Shown: in pieces, positions 42,947 to 55,906 of the stretch
Numbering within the stretch: the first letter of the stretch is position 1
How the letters are laid out: the number at the start of each line of letters is the position of its first letter
Source of the DNA: the human T2T-CHM13v2.0 reference genome, Homo sapiens
DNA length: 64,000 nucleotides
Assembly (NCBI GenBank): GCA_009914755.4
Contig: CP068257.2
Coordinates: 28,992,001 to 29,056,000 of the forward strand
Direction of reading: 5' to 3'
Translations under genes and position numbers: made by a program
Notes under the pieces: generated by a model
The model's input: only the letters and a program-made list of their open reading frames with translations
What the model was told of the DNA's origin: nothing
Databases searched by the model: none

Positions 42947-45224
42947 TATATGATTTGCCTGTGCCTCCACCCAAATCTTAATTGTAACTTTTATATTTCC
43001 CACATGTCATGGGGAAAAGCCGGTGGGAGGTGATTGAATTATGGGGGCAGGTCTTTCCTGCACTGCTCTCATGACCAGTGAATGCGTCCCATGAAATATG
43101 ATGGTTTTAAAAATGGGAGTTTCCCTGCACAAACTCTCTTCCCTTGTCTGCTGCCATGTGAGACATGCCTTTTACCTTCCACCATGATTGTGAGGTCTCC
43201 CCAGCCACATGGAACTGTAAGTACAATTAAAACCTATTTTTCTTCCCAGTCTCAGGTATGTCTTTATCAGCAGTGTGAAAACAAACTAATAGAGTAAATT
43301 GGTACCAGTAAAGTGAGGTGCTGCTAAAGATACCTGATAGTGTGGAAGCAACTTTGGAACTGGGTAACAGGCAGGGGTTGGAACAGTCAGGAGGGATCAG
43401 AAGAAGACAGGAAAAATGTGGGAAAGTCAGAAACTTCCTAGAGATGTGTTGAATGGCTTTGACAAAGATGATGCTGATAGTGATATGGAAAATAGCATCC
43501 AGGTCGGGGTGGTCTCAGATGGAGATAAGGAACTTGCTGGGAATTGGAGCAGAGGTGACCCTTCTTATGTTTTACAAAGAGACTGGCAGCATTTTGACCC
43601 TGCCCTAGAGATCTGTGGAACTTTGAACTTGAGAGAGATGCTTTAGGGTAACTGTCAGAAGACATTTCTAAGCAGCAAAGCATTCAAGATGTGACTTGGG
43701 TGCTCTTAAAGACATTCAGTTTTAAAAGGGAAGCAGAGCATAAAAGTTTGGAAAATTTGCAGCCTGACAATGAAATAGAAAAGAAAATCCCATTTTCCAA
43801 GGAGAAATTCAAGCTGGCTGCAGAAATTTGCATAAGTAGCAATGAGCTGAATGTTAATCCCCAAGACAATGGGGAAAACATCTCCAGAGCATGTCAAAGG
43901 CCTTCACGGCAGCTCCTCCCATCACAGGCCCAGAGGCCTAGGAAGAAAAAGGTGATTTACTGGGCCAAGCCCAGTGTCTCTGTGCTGTGTGCAACCTAGG
44001 GACTTGGTTCCCTGTGTCCAAGCCACTCTAGCCATGGCTGAAAGGGGCCAATACAGAGCTCAGGCCATGACTTCACAGGGAGCAAGCCTCAAGCCTTGGC
44101 AGCTTCCTGGGGCTGTGAAGCCTACCAGTGCACGGAAATCAAGAATTGAGGTTTGGGAACCTATGCCTGGATTGCTGAGCATGTATGGAAATGCCTGGAT
44201 GTACAGGCAGAAGTTTGTTGCAGGGTCAGGGCACTCATGGAGAACCTCTGCTAAGGCAATATGAAAGGGAAATGTGGGGCCAGAGCCCCCACACAGAGTC
44301 CCTACTGGGGCACCACTGAGTGGAGCTGTGAGAAGAGGGCCAATGTCCTCCAGACCCCAGAATGGTAGATCCACAGACAGCTTGCACCATGTACCTGGAA
44401 AAGCTGCAGACACTAAATGCCAGCCCATGGAAGCAGCCAGGAGGGAGGCTGTACCCTGCAAAGCCACAGGGGCAGTGCTGCCCAAGACCATGGAAACCCA
44501 CCTCTTGCATCAGCAAGACCTGGATGTGAGACATGGAGTCAATGGAGATCATCCTGGAGCTTTAAGATTTAACTGCCTTGCTGGATTTTGGACTTGCGTG
44601 GGGCCTGTAGCCCCTTTGTTTTGGCCAATTTCTCCTATTTGGTATGGCTATATTTACCCAGTGCCTGTACCCCCATTGTGTCTAGGAATTAACTAACTTG
44701 CTTTTGATTTTACAGGCTCATAGGTGGAAGGGACTTGCCTTGTCTCAGATGAGATTGGAATGTGGACTTTTAAGTTAATGCTGAAATGAGTTAAGACTTT
44801 GGGGTACTGTTGGGAAGGCATTATTGGTTTTGGAATGTGAAGACATGGAATTTTGGAGGGGCCAGGGGCAGAATCATAAGGACTGGCTCTGTCCTCACCC
44901 AAATATCATCTTGAATTGTAACTCACACAATTCCCACGTGTCATGGGAGGAAGCCGGTGGGAGGTGATTGAATTATGGGTGCGGGTCTTTCCTGTGTTGC
45001 TCTTGTGATAGTGAATGAGTCTCATGAGATCTGATGGTTTTAAAAACAGGAGTTTCCCTGCACAACTCTCTTCTCTTGTCTGCCACCATGTGAGATGTGC
45101 CTTTTACATTCCACCATGATTACAAGGCCTCTCCAGCCACATGGAACTCTAAGTCCATTAAAACCTCTTTTTCTTTCCAATCTCAGGTATGTCTTTATCA
45201 GCAGAATGAAAACAGACTAATACA
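42947..45224 (+). mobile_element. Full-length ERVL-MaLR element of THE1/MST type: 5' LTR 42947-43291, internal region 43292-44873, 3' LTR 44874-45224, with a 5-bp target-site duplication CCAGG
   Basis: Two about 350-bp direct LTRs (..ccacccaaatct..gggaggtgattgaattatggg..ctcaggtatgtctttatcagcag..actaata.a) bracket a 1.6 kb internal region. CCAGG occurs immediately before the 5' LTR (42942-42946) and after the 3' LTR (45225-45229). The ORFs at 43416-44696 on both strands are degenerate MaLR internal sequence. Confidence 0.8.
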
Positions 45225-45876
45225 CCAGGAAAAATGTAACTCAAATTATAATGTGTCTTATATGTTTCTTAGAATTTTCTGTTTTATCTAACTATACATA
45301 TCCCTCTGCAGTATTCTAAAAAACCAGACCTATTTAATTGAAAAGTACAGTCCTATAACTGGATACTCAGTATCACTGAAATAAATGAATAAATTTTAAC
45401 TGGTAATTGAAAAAGAATTATTAGTTGCAGCTCATGATGATGATGATGACTATGATGAAATCAGAAATTTCCACATGATCTAATGATTGTCACTGAATTA
45501 CTGGCACAGCTAATATATATCATCTCAAGAAACCTGTACCCTTTCCTTATTACAGTGTTCCATTCACTGTAATAGAGCTTCCCAGGAACAGGCTATTCAG
45601 TACGTATGTGCTGGACTTCTCAAGCATCTACTTTCATGAGCCATTTAATCTGTCCTACTATGCCACAGAGAGCTTAGCACACGTGAAACTACTTGAGGGG
45701 GAAAAAGACGCAATTTCTATGAGCATATCAAATTCCACCCAAACTGACATTGGCAGATCATAGCGCACTACAGAAACAGATAGTATGGGCACCAAACCCA
45801 GAATAAGAATCTGTGATATTTGTTAGAAAACAGGACACATAAGCTAACTTTTCAATGATGAGCAGGAGTTAGCCAA

Positions 45877-46440
45877 CATATTAGTCTATTATGTTGCTGA
45901 TAAAGACATACCCAAGACTGGGAAATTTACAAAAGAGGTTTAATAGACTTACAGTTCCTCATGGCTGGGGAGGCCTCACTATCATGGCAGGAAGGCAAGG
46001 AGGAGCAATTCATGTCTTACATGTATGGCAGCAGGCAAAGAGAGAGCTTGTGCAGGGAAATTCCCATTTTTAAAACAATCAGATCTCATGAAACTCATTC
46101 ACTATCACAAGAACAGCACAGGAAAGACCCACACCTATAATTCAATCACCTCCCACAGGGTTCCTCCCATGACACCTGGGAATTGTGGGAGTTACAATTC
46201 AAGATGAAATTTGGGTGGGGGCACAGCCAGACCATATCATTCCACCCTGGACCCTCCCAAATCTCATGTACTCACATTTCAAAACCAATCGTGCCTTCCC
46301 AACAGTCCCCCAAAGTCTTAACCCATTTCAGCATTAACTCAAAAGTCCACAATCCAATATCTTATCTGAGACAAGACAAGCCCCTTCCACCTATGAGCCT
46401 GGATAATCTGAAGCAATAAAACTTCATCAACCACTGCAGT
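45877..46440 (-). mobile_element. Truncated MaLR element, antisense: 3' LTR at 45877-46240 plus about 190 bp of internal sequence
   Basis: The LTR is the reverse complement (catattagtctattatgttgctgataaagacatacccaagactgggaaatttacaaaag...). 46250-46440 is the reverse complement of the 3' end of the internal region of the full element (compare 44700-44870). Confidence 0.65.
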
Positions 46441-49400
46441 TCCTTTATGTGACATGAAAACAGATCCCTGTGGGAATTACAGGGTCCCATAAAATATAAA
46501 AGACTATAAAGTTTTTGATGTGTGTTAATGAAACGAAATGTCTGGTTTGCTTACCTAGGTAAGTTTATTAGGAAACTGATTTAGATTCACTCGCTCACAG
46601 ATATAACAAAACATAAATGATATAACTAACACAACTAGGGGGTTATAAAAACCAACTTTACTTATTTGAGAGTAGGTTTTTCAGGCAGTCTGATTTCAAA
46701 GTATCTCAGGGTGGAAGACTATGGTTGTGGACTCTGCTCCTTAACTGCTAAGGTGAGGACAAGAGAAAGGGAAGCTGTAAGAAATATTAAAGCATCAACT
46801 ATATTGCAGAAGTTTTACATCAGAGTACATCATAATCTGGAAATATAAGAAGCTACATAACTAATAAGGTAGAAAATGATTGCTTACCTTGTCAAGAAAT
46901 ATGGATGCCACTGTAACTACAGTTGGAGGCATAACCACAACCAGGTCACCAAAGATTCCATGGTCATTTAATACCCAGGTGTCACAAAATCCATAGACAT
47001 TCCTATAGACAGAGCCACATGCACATTCCCCATAGACATTTCCTTGTGTGGCAGACAGACTTTTGAAATGACTCCCAAATGATCCTCACTTCCTGTTATA
47101 CATACTCTTGTGTAGTCCCCTTCCCTTAAGTGTAGGATGAGCCTAGGTTCTTGCTTCTAATGGATAGAATACACAAAATGAGACGGGATGTCACTTTGAA
47201 GATTAGGTTTTCAAAGACTGACTTTCATCTTGCTGGCACTCTCTTTGACTCTTTTCATGAGTTCTTTGATGGAGTTGCCCACATGGCAAACAACTGTGGT
47301 TAGTTAGGAACCTAGGGTTCCAGTCCAACATCCTTCGAAGAACTTAATTCTTCCCACAGCCATGTGAGTGAGCTTGGAAGAGGATTCTTCCCCTGTGCAG
47401 ACTTCATTTGGGACTGTAGCCCAAGCCAACCGCTAGCGAAAGCCTTTCAAGAAACTCTGAAACAGATAACCTAGCTGAACCATGCCAGTATTCCTAACAC
47501 CCAGACACAATGAGATAACTCTGGGTGGTTTTAAGGCACTCCATTTTGAGGTGACTTGTTACACAGAAATAGGTAACTAATACACTTTGGTAATTACAAC
47601 CTATGATGTCAGGATTAAAAAATTTAGTCAGACACCAAAGAAAAAGTTATTTGAGTTTAAATCCCATCTTCTTCAGAGATCATATATTTAATTTCAAAAG
47701 TGATTTTCATGCATGAACATTGCTTCACTCTGGATAGGTTGGAGTACTTTGTAAACTTTCACTGCCCTAGAATAAGAGTGAACAGCCCAGTTTCTGGAAA
47801 AAAGCACAGCTCAAACCCAGACCCACCACTTGTTAGATTCTTAATTTCTTTCTTCTTAAGTTGCTTCATCTGCACTACGTGGATAATGATAGCCCCTATT
47901 ACAAGGTGCCCAAAACTCTGTCTTATACATATGAAGAGTTCAATAAGTGATTGCTAGTCTTGTTTTAAAACATCTAATTACCTTTAGTCACAAGTGTCTT
48001 GTCATTGCTAGAGAGTTTTCCAATCTATTTTCAGCTAGTTTGTGAAGGCTTTTTTTTTGATGAGCTCACTATAAAATGAGAGATGAACACATCATTGGAG
48101 TCACTAGATTAATCTCCTGTGTTTAATATTCACGACCTTCAGTAGAACTCTCTGCAAGTTCAGCAACAGCAAACAGTTATTGAGGTCCTGCTCTGTGCAG
48201 AGAATCATTACACATGCTCAGATAAAATAGTAGAACAGCCTGCCTTTTCAGAAGTATAAGCAAAATAAGTCAGATTTGTAAATGAAAGAAATTTCATTAA
48301 TCTAGTATACTGACTTTAAAAACTGGATATTCCTTAGAAATACCTAGGGCATTTAAAATATGTACACACCAGTGCCAGGGCCCTACTCACAGAGAATCTC
48401 ATTCAATTTAAGATGGAACCTAAAATTAAATGCTTTTTAAAAGCTCTCTGGGGGATTATAATGCACAAGCAGAGTTGAAAATGATTGATTTAGCGCAAAC
48501 CCTCCACTTAAAATGTTAAGACTTACAGAAGCTTATTTCAGGTGACATGGTTAAGTTAGTGCTATAACTAACACTAAATGTTGTGCCTTCTGATACTGGA
48601 TAAATGGTTGTTTAATTACCAAATAACATCTGCATTTCACTGTACTTATTTATATATTTAATCATTCATAAAACAAATATTTACTGAGAATTTTTTCAAT
48701 GCTGGAAATGGGCATACAATGCTAAGCAACACAGAGTCACCCAGTGATTTTTTTCAAGATTAAAATTTTCTAGAGGAGATTGGCAGTAAAAACTAAATTA
48801 AGAAAACAACAATATCTATAAGTATATGACTGCAGCCCTGAGACTGCACTAAAGGCAGAGTATCAGATTCATTAGAATAGTAGGAGACCTGATTTAAATT
48901 AGGAAGAAAAAGAATCCTTTTGGGGGAGTGATTTTTAATCTAGAGATTATATGTAACTGGATTTTAGGATAGGCTGCTAAAAATTATACCCTAGAGGTAA
49001 CTCTTTTCCCCCCATTCCCCCACAAAAAAGATCAATCTCAGTAAGGCTTGCAAAAATTTTCTTAAAAGATTATCTAAATGATAATGATAATAACACAAAT
49101 TGTCTCTTAAATACTTGATTAAGTGCTTTGTGTGCATTATTTTATTTGGTCATCACAGTAATCCTGTTACTATAGATCTCTTCTTAAGAGCAGCTCTTTC
49201 TAAAAACCTCAAACTAAATATGAATAGTGAAAAAGTTCACATTTTCTTCTTGGCATACTGTCTTCACCAACACATATATTTCAGTCATTAGAATGAGATG
49301 ATGACTCACTAAATCCTCAACTTAAATAAGCATCTTGAAAGGCATCCTATTCTAACAACCTCATTTTGCAGATGACATTTGCAAGGAGCTAGGCAGCCCT

Positions 49401-52400
49401 GCACAGCCAGTGAGTTCAGAAACTTGCATGATCTCAACCACTCCCTTGATGGATCTTACAATCTAAGCATAGCATCTGTGAAGCATATAAAATAGAAGGC
49501 AGAGAATAGCAGGCAAATTATGAGTGACATTATTATATAAATTCAAAATGATGAGTGAATACCAAGTGGTAAAGATGACAGCAAATCATACCTCTGGAAA
49601 CTATAAAGGCAGAAGCAGGGACTCAGTTTAATAGCTAACCGATGCCCTCTTGAGAACCAACACACTTGGGCTGCAGAAAGGCAAGAAGGAGTCCATTAAC
49701 AATTAGATTGAATGTTGATAAACTGGAACTGATTATTTAGTTAGTGATATGGACAGGAGGCAGGGAAATACTGGGTAGAAGAGGGCAGTTCCCCAGCAAA
49801 GGCCCCACCCTCAAGCCTGGAAACCCATGGCACTGAATGGGAACAGGCATTCCTGTTTTTGTGCCCAAATGCTGCCTTTTCTAAGACCACTCTGGCCTGC
49901 CACACCCCTATCCTGTCCCCATATAAACCCCAAGCTCCACTGGCAGAGCAGCAGAACAGTGTGGCAGAGAAGGAGAGAAGAGAAGGAGTATCTCAACATC
50001 AAGATGAGTTCAGCTAAGGATGATCAGAAAGGAGATCAGTAGTAAGATGGAGGAACACCAGGGAAAGATCATCTTGCCACTTCATCCCCTTTCCAGCTCC
50101 CCATCCATCCCACAGAGAACCACCTCCATCATTCAGTAAAATCCCCACATTCGCCATCCTTCAAGTCCATGTGACCTGATTCTTCCTGGATGCCATACTA
50201 GACCCGGGCACCAAAAGGGCAGGGTATAAAAGGCTGTCACCCTGACTCTCCACCAAGCTGGTTAACACTTAGCCATCCATGGACAGCAAAGATAAAAGCA
50301 CACTGTAACACACCTAGACACTGCCATGGGGCCAGAGCCCAAAACTGCTCACCCTGGCTCACCTGCATGCTTCCCCTCCCACAAGAAGTTTGAGTGCATG
50401 GAGGCTGAGGAAATGAGCCACACCCCTGTTCCAAGTCCCACAGAGGTGTCAGGGAACTCTTCTGCCTCACTAGGGCTATTCAAAATCAACGTTTTTTTTC
50501 TTATCACTTTTATCAGGTTCACACATATATGGCTCATTTTATTTAAGTATAAAACTTTCTTTCCAAATCACAGGGGCTATGTCTAAGACAATCTATGTTT
50601 GGCAGGTGAAAAAAAATGCCCTGAATTGGGAACAAGGCTAGAGAGAAGCAAAAGGTGCCAATATTAACTTACATAAAGATAACCTAGAGTCATAAAATAT
50701 TACCTAAGAAAAACATTTTTGCAAGTGTTTGGGGGCACCTATTCCAATAACTGTATGTGTTAGTGTTTTCTCACATGTATTCAAAGCTTTGCATAGCAAA
50801 ACAATGTCTGTAGGTTTTAGTTAACAGATTATATTGTGGTGTGTAAATACAAAACTATGGAAATATATGTAGAGGGTGAGGAAAGACTTCCCAAAAGAAG
50901 TGGGGTCTAAACTTTGTTGGCAAAAGAATACAGGTACTTTGGGGTGATGAGAAGTCAAAGAAAGAGAAGAATGTAGAGGCTGAAAAGAAGTTCAGACGAT
51001 TGCGGATAGACTAGTTTGGCTGTTGTGCAGTGCTAGAGAGATGTAAACGCATGAAGATGTATCATGGCAAGAATAAAAAGCTAAGGTAGCATTGGAGACC
51101 TCCTAAGAATTTTATTAGGTGGATCTCATGATGATTATTTTACTTTTAAATAACATTAATTTGACTGTGTTCATGGGAGAAATTAAAGAGAGGAAAGATT
51201 GAACCTAAAGAGACCCATTGAGAGACTCTTGTAGTTACATTATGATAAATCACAGAGACATAGAGGAAACTGCTGGAATATTAAATTCAGGTGTCTGTCA
51301 TCCTCTATTTATCTGAGACTAAGTATGAAAGTTCCAGAAGATGTCCAGTGTTTTTGTATGTTCATATTCACCTGGAAGAGAGAATTTGCTAATGAACAGA
51401 AAGTTATATTTGATATGGGTAAAGTATCTGGTGCAAAACAAATTTTTTCGTAACAGCAAATACAACTGTAGGGGACGACCAAGATTGTCAGAAAAGTATC
51501 GACTGACAAAAAAAAATACAATGATTAAAAACACATTTGCTATATATTCCTCTTTTTGTAGCTCAATATAAAATACTGGCTTGTCTGGCAGTTTTTGCCC
51601 ACCTTAATTTATAATACTGTCCTGCGACTTCTCTCCAAATTATGAGATCCATGAAATGGAGCCATTATTCTGGCATCCTGGGATATTTGTTCAAGAACCA
51701 CAGGACACTAAGGGGTTCAACTATAAAGCATGTAGTTCAGAGCAAGTCAGCTCATTTTATGCAAGGCACAAAGATTTCCTGTAGAAGGCTTCAACATCCC
51801 CAGGCCACTTTGTCCTGTAAGAGACCCAAGCTATACTTTGGATAGTTTAACCAATTAAAAAGTAAAGGAGCTGCCCAGAGGCCAGTGTTCTGCAGTCATC
51901 TCTCAAGTATGATATGACAAGGTCTTTAAAGAATGTGTTGTAATTCTTCCCTCTTTGGTCTTCAATGCAAAGTGTCTCATTTTAAAACCCTGAGGCTCTA
52001 TACTCAAAACTATAGAGATCAAAAAGTTTGAAATTCCCTGATATTCTCTGTTTACCAATGATAAAACTTTGATTACCCACATTTTATCTTTATAAAGCAC
52101 CTGAATGGTAGATCATCATGTTATTAACACCAAGAGCATGGTTTTACCTGTTAGGGATTGCAACGGATTCAAAAGCTTCCCTTTGTTCATGTTCTCAATT
52201 TCTTCCAAGAGCTTTATTTTATACAGGGAAATAAATATCATATTATTTTTTCTAGAATTAGGAGTACAGGGGCAAAGTAACGTTTATCAGAAAATAAGAA
52301 CATGCTGGGATAAGAAATGGGAAGTTAAATGAGCCACCAACTCTTGGTTGCCCTGTACCGTTTTCTTGATATATCTATTCAAGGCCACTTGGGAAAATTT

Positions 52401-54069
52401 TCCTACTGAAACAGTCTGTAGTAGTGCATCCTGTACCCAAAACGTTGCTCTACTTAAAGTGAGAAGGAGAAGGATGAGCAGTTTTTCAACCAACCTTACC
52501 TAAAAACAGGTCAGGTCCAAGTAGAGACTTGCAAATATAAAAAGATGTAAAAATTCAATTTTCTATTAAATAACAAAAATGAAATATCCCTAAAAAAATC
52601 CTTGAAATGCTAAACCAAAATTTAGGTTTGTCCAAGATTATCACTGAAACTCAAGTCCAGAATTCATGGATTCTGTCACACACTTTGAGAATATAAATCA
52701 GTCAAGAAGGGAGAAGAGAAGGGCAATAGTAGAGACATTTCCTGGAGATTTCTATTGACATGCTGTGAGTTCTCACTTCTAAATCCCAGGGAGGGATTTC
52801 TTCCTTCTTTATTTCAGACTTGGTGAGGGGTCCCTCCACTGCATGACTGGGAAAGCTTAAATACTCTGCTGCAGGTGAGGAGATAGAGAGCTGGTCCTGA
52901 TCGTTACTTGAGAAAAGCAAAGGCAACCAGGGGCAAGTGGGAGGTGGATACATTTCTAGAATTTGGTAAGAAAAGTATGTGTGTTATACATGAAAAAGAT
53001 AAAGTTCACATGGGAGGAAAAGCCCTTCTAGGGTCATCTGTTTGGGAAGTGGGAAGACACAGAAGGCCCCCATGCACAAGAAGTTAGAGATCAATTTCAG
53101 ATTCCTCCCTATGGAAGAAAACATGAGTCGTCACCATGAAAGAAATACTTTTGCCTGAGTCAAGAAATGTCAAGAGAATATCCACCAATAATGGCCATCT
53201 CCAATGAACCCATGAATTTTCTGCTAGGAAACAGGAAGACCACAAAGTAAGCAGTGGTTTGAAGATGGTGAAATTCAGGCATGCCCTTTCCCAAGCTTTT
53301 ACCACTTTTGATCAATAACTTGTACTTAACATTTAGCCGCTGATTTTTAAGACACTTTGCAATACTCTATTATCTTTTCCAGATGACAAATTTTATCTGA
53401 CAGTTTTCATCTAGAGACAGAGGAAATTTACATATACTAAATACATGTTAAAGAAACAGCAAGAGAAAAAAAAATGAGGTTACATTTTTCTATTGCCATG
53501 AGTTTTGTTTTTCAGTATCTTGGTTGAGGATGTAGATTTCTACATAGAGACAAGTTCTACAATAAAGTAGAACATTTGAGCTAAATATTTCAGAAAAGTA
53601 AAAGGAAACATGCTCCAGTGTGATTGGTAGCTGCCCATAGAATACTTACAAAACTTTTACTTACAAAATGTCATTTTTTTTAAATCTGGAAAGTTTTCTT
53701 TATTTGAGAGAATGCATAGCTTCCAGGGATGTTCATGGAGTCCTAAGGAAGGAAAGAGAAAGTCACTGCAGAAGATTGCAAAATGTTTCCAATTCAACTC
53801 TCATCCTTGAATTCATGTCCCTTCTGATGTAATTTTTTAGTATCCTCCAACTCTAAGGACTCAACCATCTGATTTTCTTTGGTCAGTAAAATGAGACAGA
53901 GGAATAGTATGCAAGTTCTGACCCAAAGAATCATATGGGAAAAGCTCCTTGATATTGGCCTTAGCAATAATTTTTTTTTGGATATCACAACAAAAGCTCA
54001 GATGACAAAAGCTAAAATTAACAAACGGTAATACATCTAACTAAAAGGTTTCTGTGTAGCAAAAAAGAA

Positions 54070-54870
54070 AAAGAAAAGGCAGCCTACTGATTGGGAGAAA
54101 ATATTTGCACACAATATATCTGATTAGGGGTTAATATTCAAAAGATAAGAAATTCACATAACCCAATAGCCAAAAATACAACCAGTTTTTAAAATGGCAA
54201 AGAACTTGAATAGACATTTCTTCAAATAAGACAGAAAAGTTGCCGATAGATATATGAAAAGGCACTCAACATCACTAGTTATTTGGGAAATGCAAACCAA
54301 AACCAGAAAATATCACCCCACACTTGTTAGACTGGCTATTATCAAAAAGACCAGAGATAAGTGTTAGAAAGGGTAGACATAAAGAAAAGGGAAAACTTGT
54401 ACACTATTGGTAACAATGTAAATTGGCTCAGCCATTATGGAATGCAGTGTGGAGATTCCTCACAAAAGTAAAAATAGATCTACTATATGACCCAGCAATC
54501 CCTGTTCTGCATATATATGCAAAAGAAATGAAATTAGCACCTCATAGAGATATCTGCACTCCCATGCTCATTGCAGCATTATTCACAGCAGCCAAAATAT
54601 GGAAACAACCTTAGTGTCGATTGGTGAATGAATGGATAAAGAAACTGGGAGATATATAGATATATACATGTAGATGTGTACATAGATACATATATAAAAT
54701 TAAATCATATATAATGAAATATAGTAAGTATTATTCAGCCTTATAACAGATGGCAATCCTGCCATTTATGACAACATGGATGAGTCTGGACATTATGCTA
54801 AGCAAAAAAACTCAGATTCAAAGAGAAAAATATTACATGATCTCACTTATGTGTGAAATCTAAATATATA
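54070..54870 (+). mobile_element. Ancient L1M ORF2 C-terminal / 3' region fragment, sense
   Basis: The translation resembles L1 ORF2: ..[24 protein letters not shown]-like and WRFLTKVKIDLLYDPAIPVLHIY..LIAALFTAAKIWKQP. See the ORF at 54423-54614. Confidence 0.5.
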
Positions 54871-54985
54871 TAATTTATATATATTTATATATCACATAAA
54901 AATTATATATCTTTGATATGTAATTTATATATATTTATATATCATATATAAAAATTATATATATCTTTCATATATATTTATATAA
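54869..54985. repeat. AT-rich tandem duplication, about 57 bp repeated twice
   Basis: taatttatatatatttatatatcacataaaaattatatatctttgatatg is repeated as taatttatatatatttatatatcatatataaaaattatatatatctttcatat. Confidence 0.5.
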
Positions 54986-55560
54986 AAATCCTGTTGTATA
55001 CCTTAAATATATATCTTTTAAAAACAGAGACATCTAGGAACCTTAGTGCATACATAAGTCTGTTTTTCACCTTTCAACAGCAGAGTGACTATCACATTAA
55101 ATATATGATGCCTAAAAAGCATCTCTAAAATAAAATAAATGTTGATTATCTTTCTCAACTCCTAGCAGTATTTTGTTAATGTATCTATAGATACTTACAG
55201 TAAAAAGAAGAAATTGTACAAATAGACATGAAAAGAAAAGCAATAGCCCATAGATTAATAAGAAAAAAAACAGAAGGATTAAAAAGCAAGATAGAAAGAA
55301 CATTAAAGTGCTCAGTTTTAAATGAGATATGTCATGAATTTCCCAACTTTAAAAAATTGGGCTGTGCAAAGAAAAATTTGTGTGTGTACGTGGTGTGTGT
55401 GTGTACAGAGAGGCAGAAGGAGAGACATATAATACAATAATATGTTTATAAATTTATAGATATGTGTGTATATATTAAAAAAGTAAAATAAACTATTGTA
55501 TTCATACATTATTAAATGTTAATTATGTATTTATCAATCAACTAGTGAGTATTCTTAGTC

Positions 55561-55906
55561 CATTTGGACTGCTATAACCAAACGTCATAAACAGTAGCTT
55601 AAAAAAATAAAAATTCATTTCTCACAGTTCTAGAGACTAAGAAGTCCAACTTCAAAGGTCTGGCAGATTCATTGTCTGGTGAAAGCCCACTTCCTTACAG
55701 ATGGTGGTTTCTTACTATGCCCTTTCATGGTGGAAGGCATAAGGGACTTCTCTGTTCTCTTTTATAAGGACACTAATCCCATTCATAAGGGCTGTACTTT
55801 CATGACCTAATCCTTTGCAAAGGCCCTACCTCCTAATACTATCACTTTGGGGTTAAGGATTTCAATATATGAATTTTGGGGGAACACATATATTTAGACC
55901 ATAGCA
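55561..55906 (-). mobile_element. MaLR LTR (MLT1/MST-like), antisense
   Basis: ttctcacagttctagagactaagaagtcc...ctcttttataaggacactaatcccattcataagggc...ttcaatatatgaattttgggggaacac. Confidence 0.5.

Noticed and set aside
43416-44902. Cluster of overlapping 60-143 aa ORFs on both strands
   Set aside because: They lie in the internal region of the full-length MaLR element. Homologous ORFs recur, inverted, at 1-1230 and 46250-46440. They are decayed retroelement sequence, not host genes.
46870-47060. Minus-strand open frame ...GNVYGECACGSVYRNVYGFCDTWVLNDHGIFGDLVVVMPPTVVTVASIFLDK that ends exactly at a strong 5' splice-site-like AAG|GTAAGC
   Set aside because: It is only about 60 codons between stops, with no ATG in a sensible position and no identifiable domain. 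Its similarity to KRTAP Gly/Tyr proteins is weak. KRTAP genes are intronless, so a spliced exon here is unexpected, and neighbouring sequence looks like ERV/MaLR-related debris. Not supportable as a gene.
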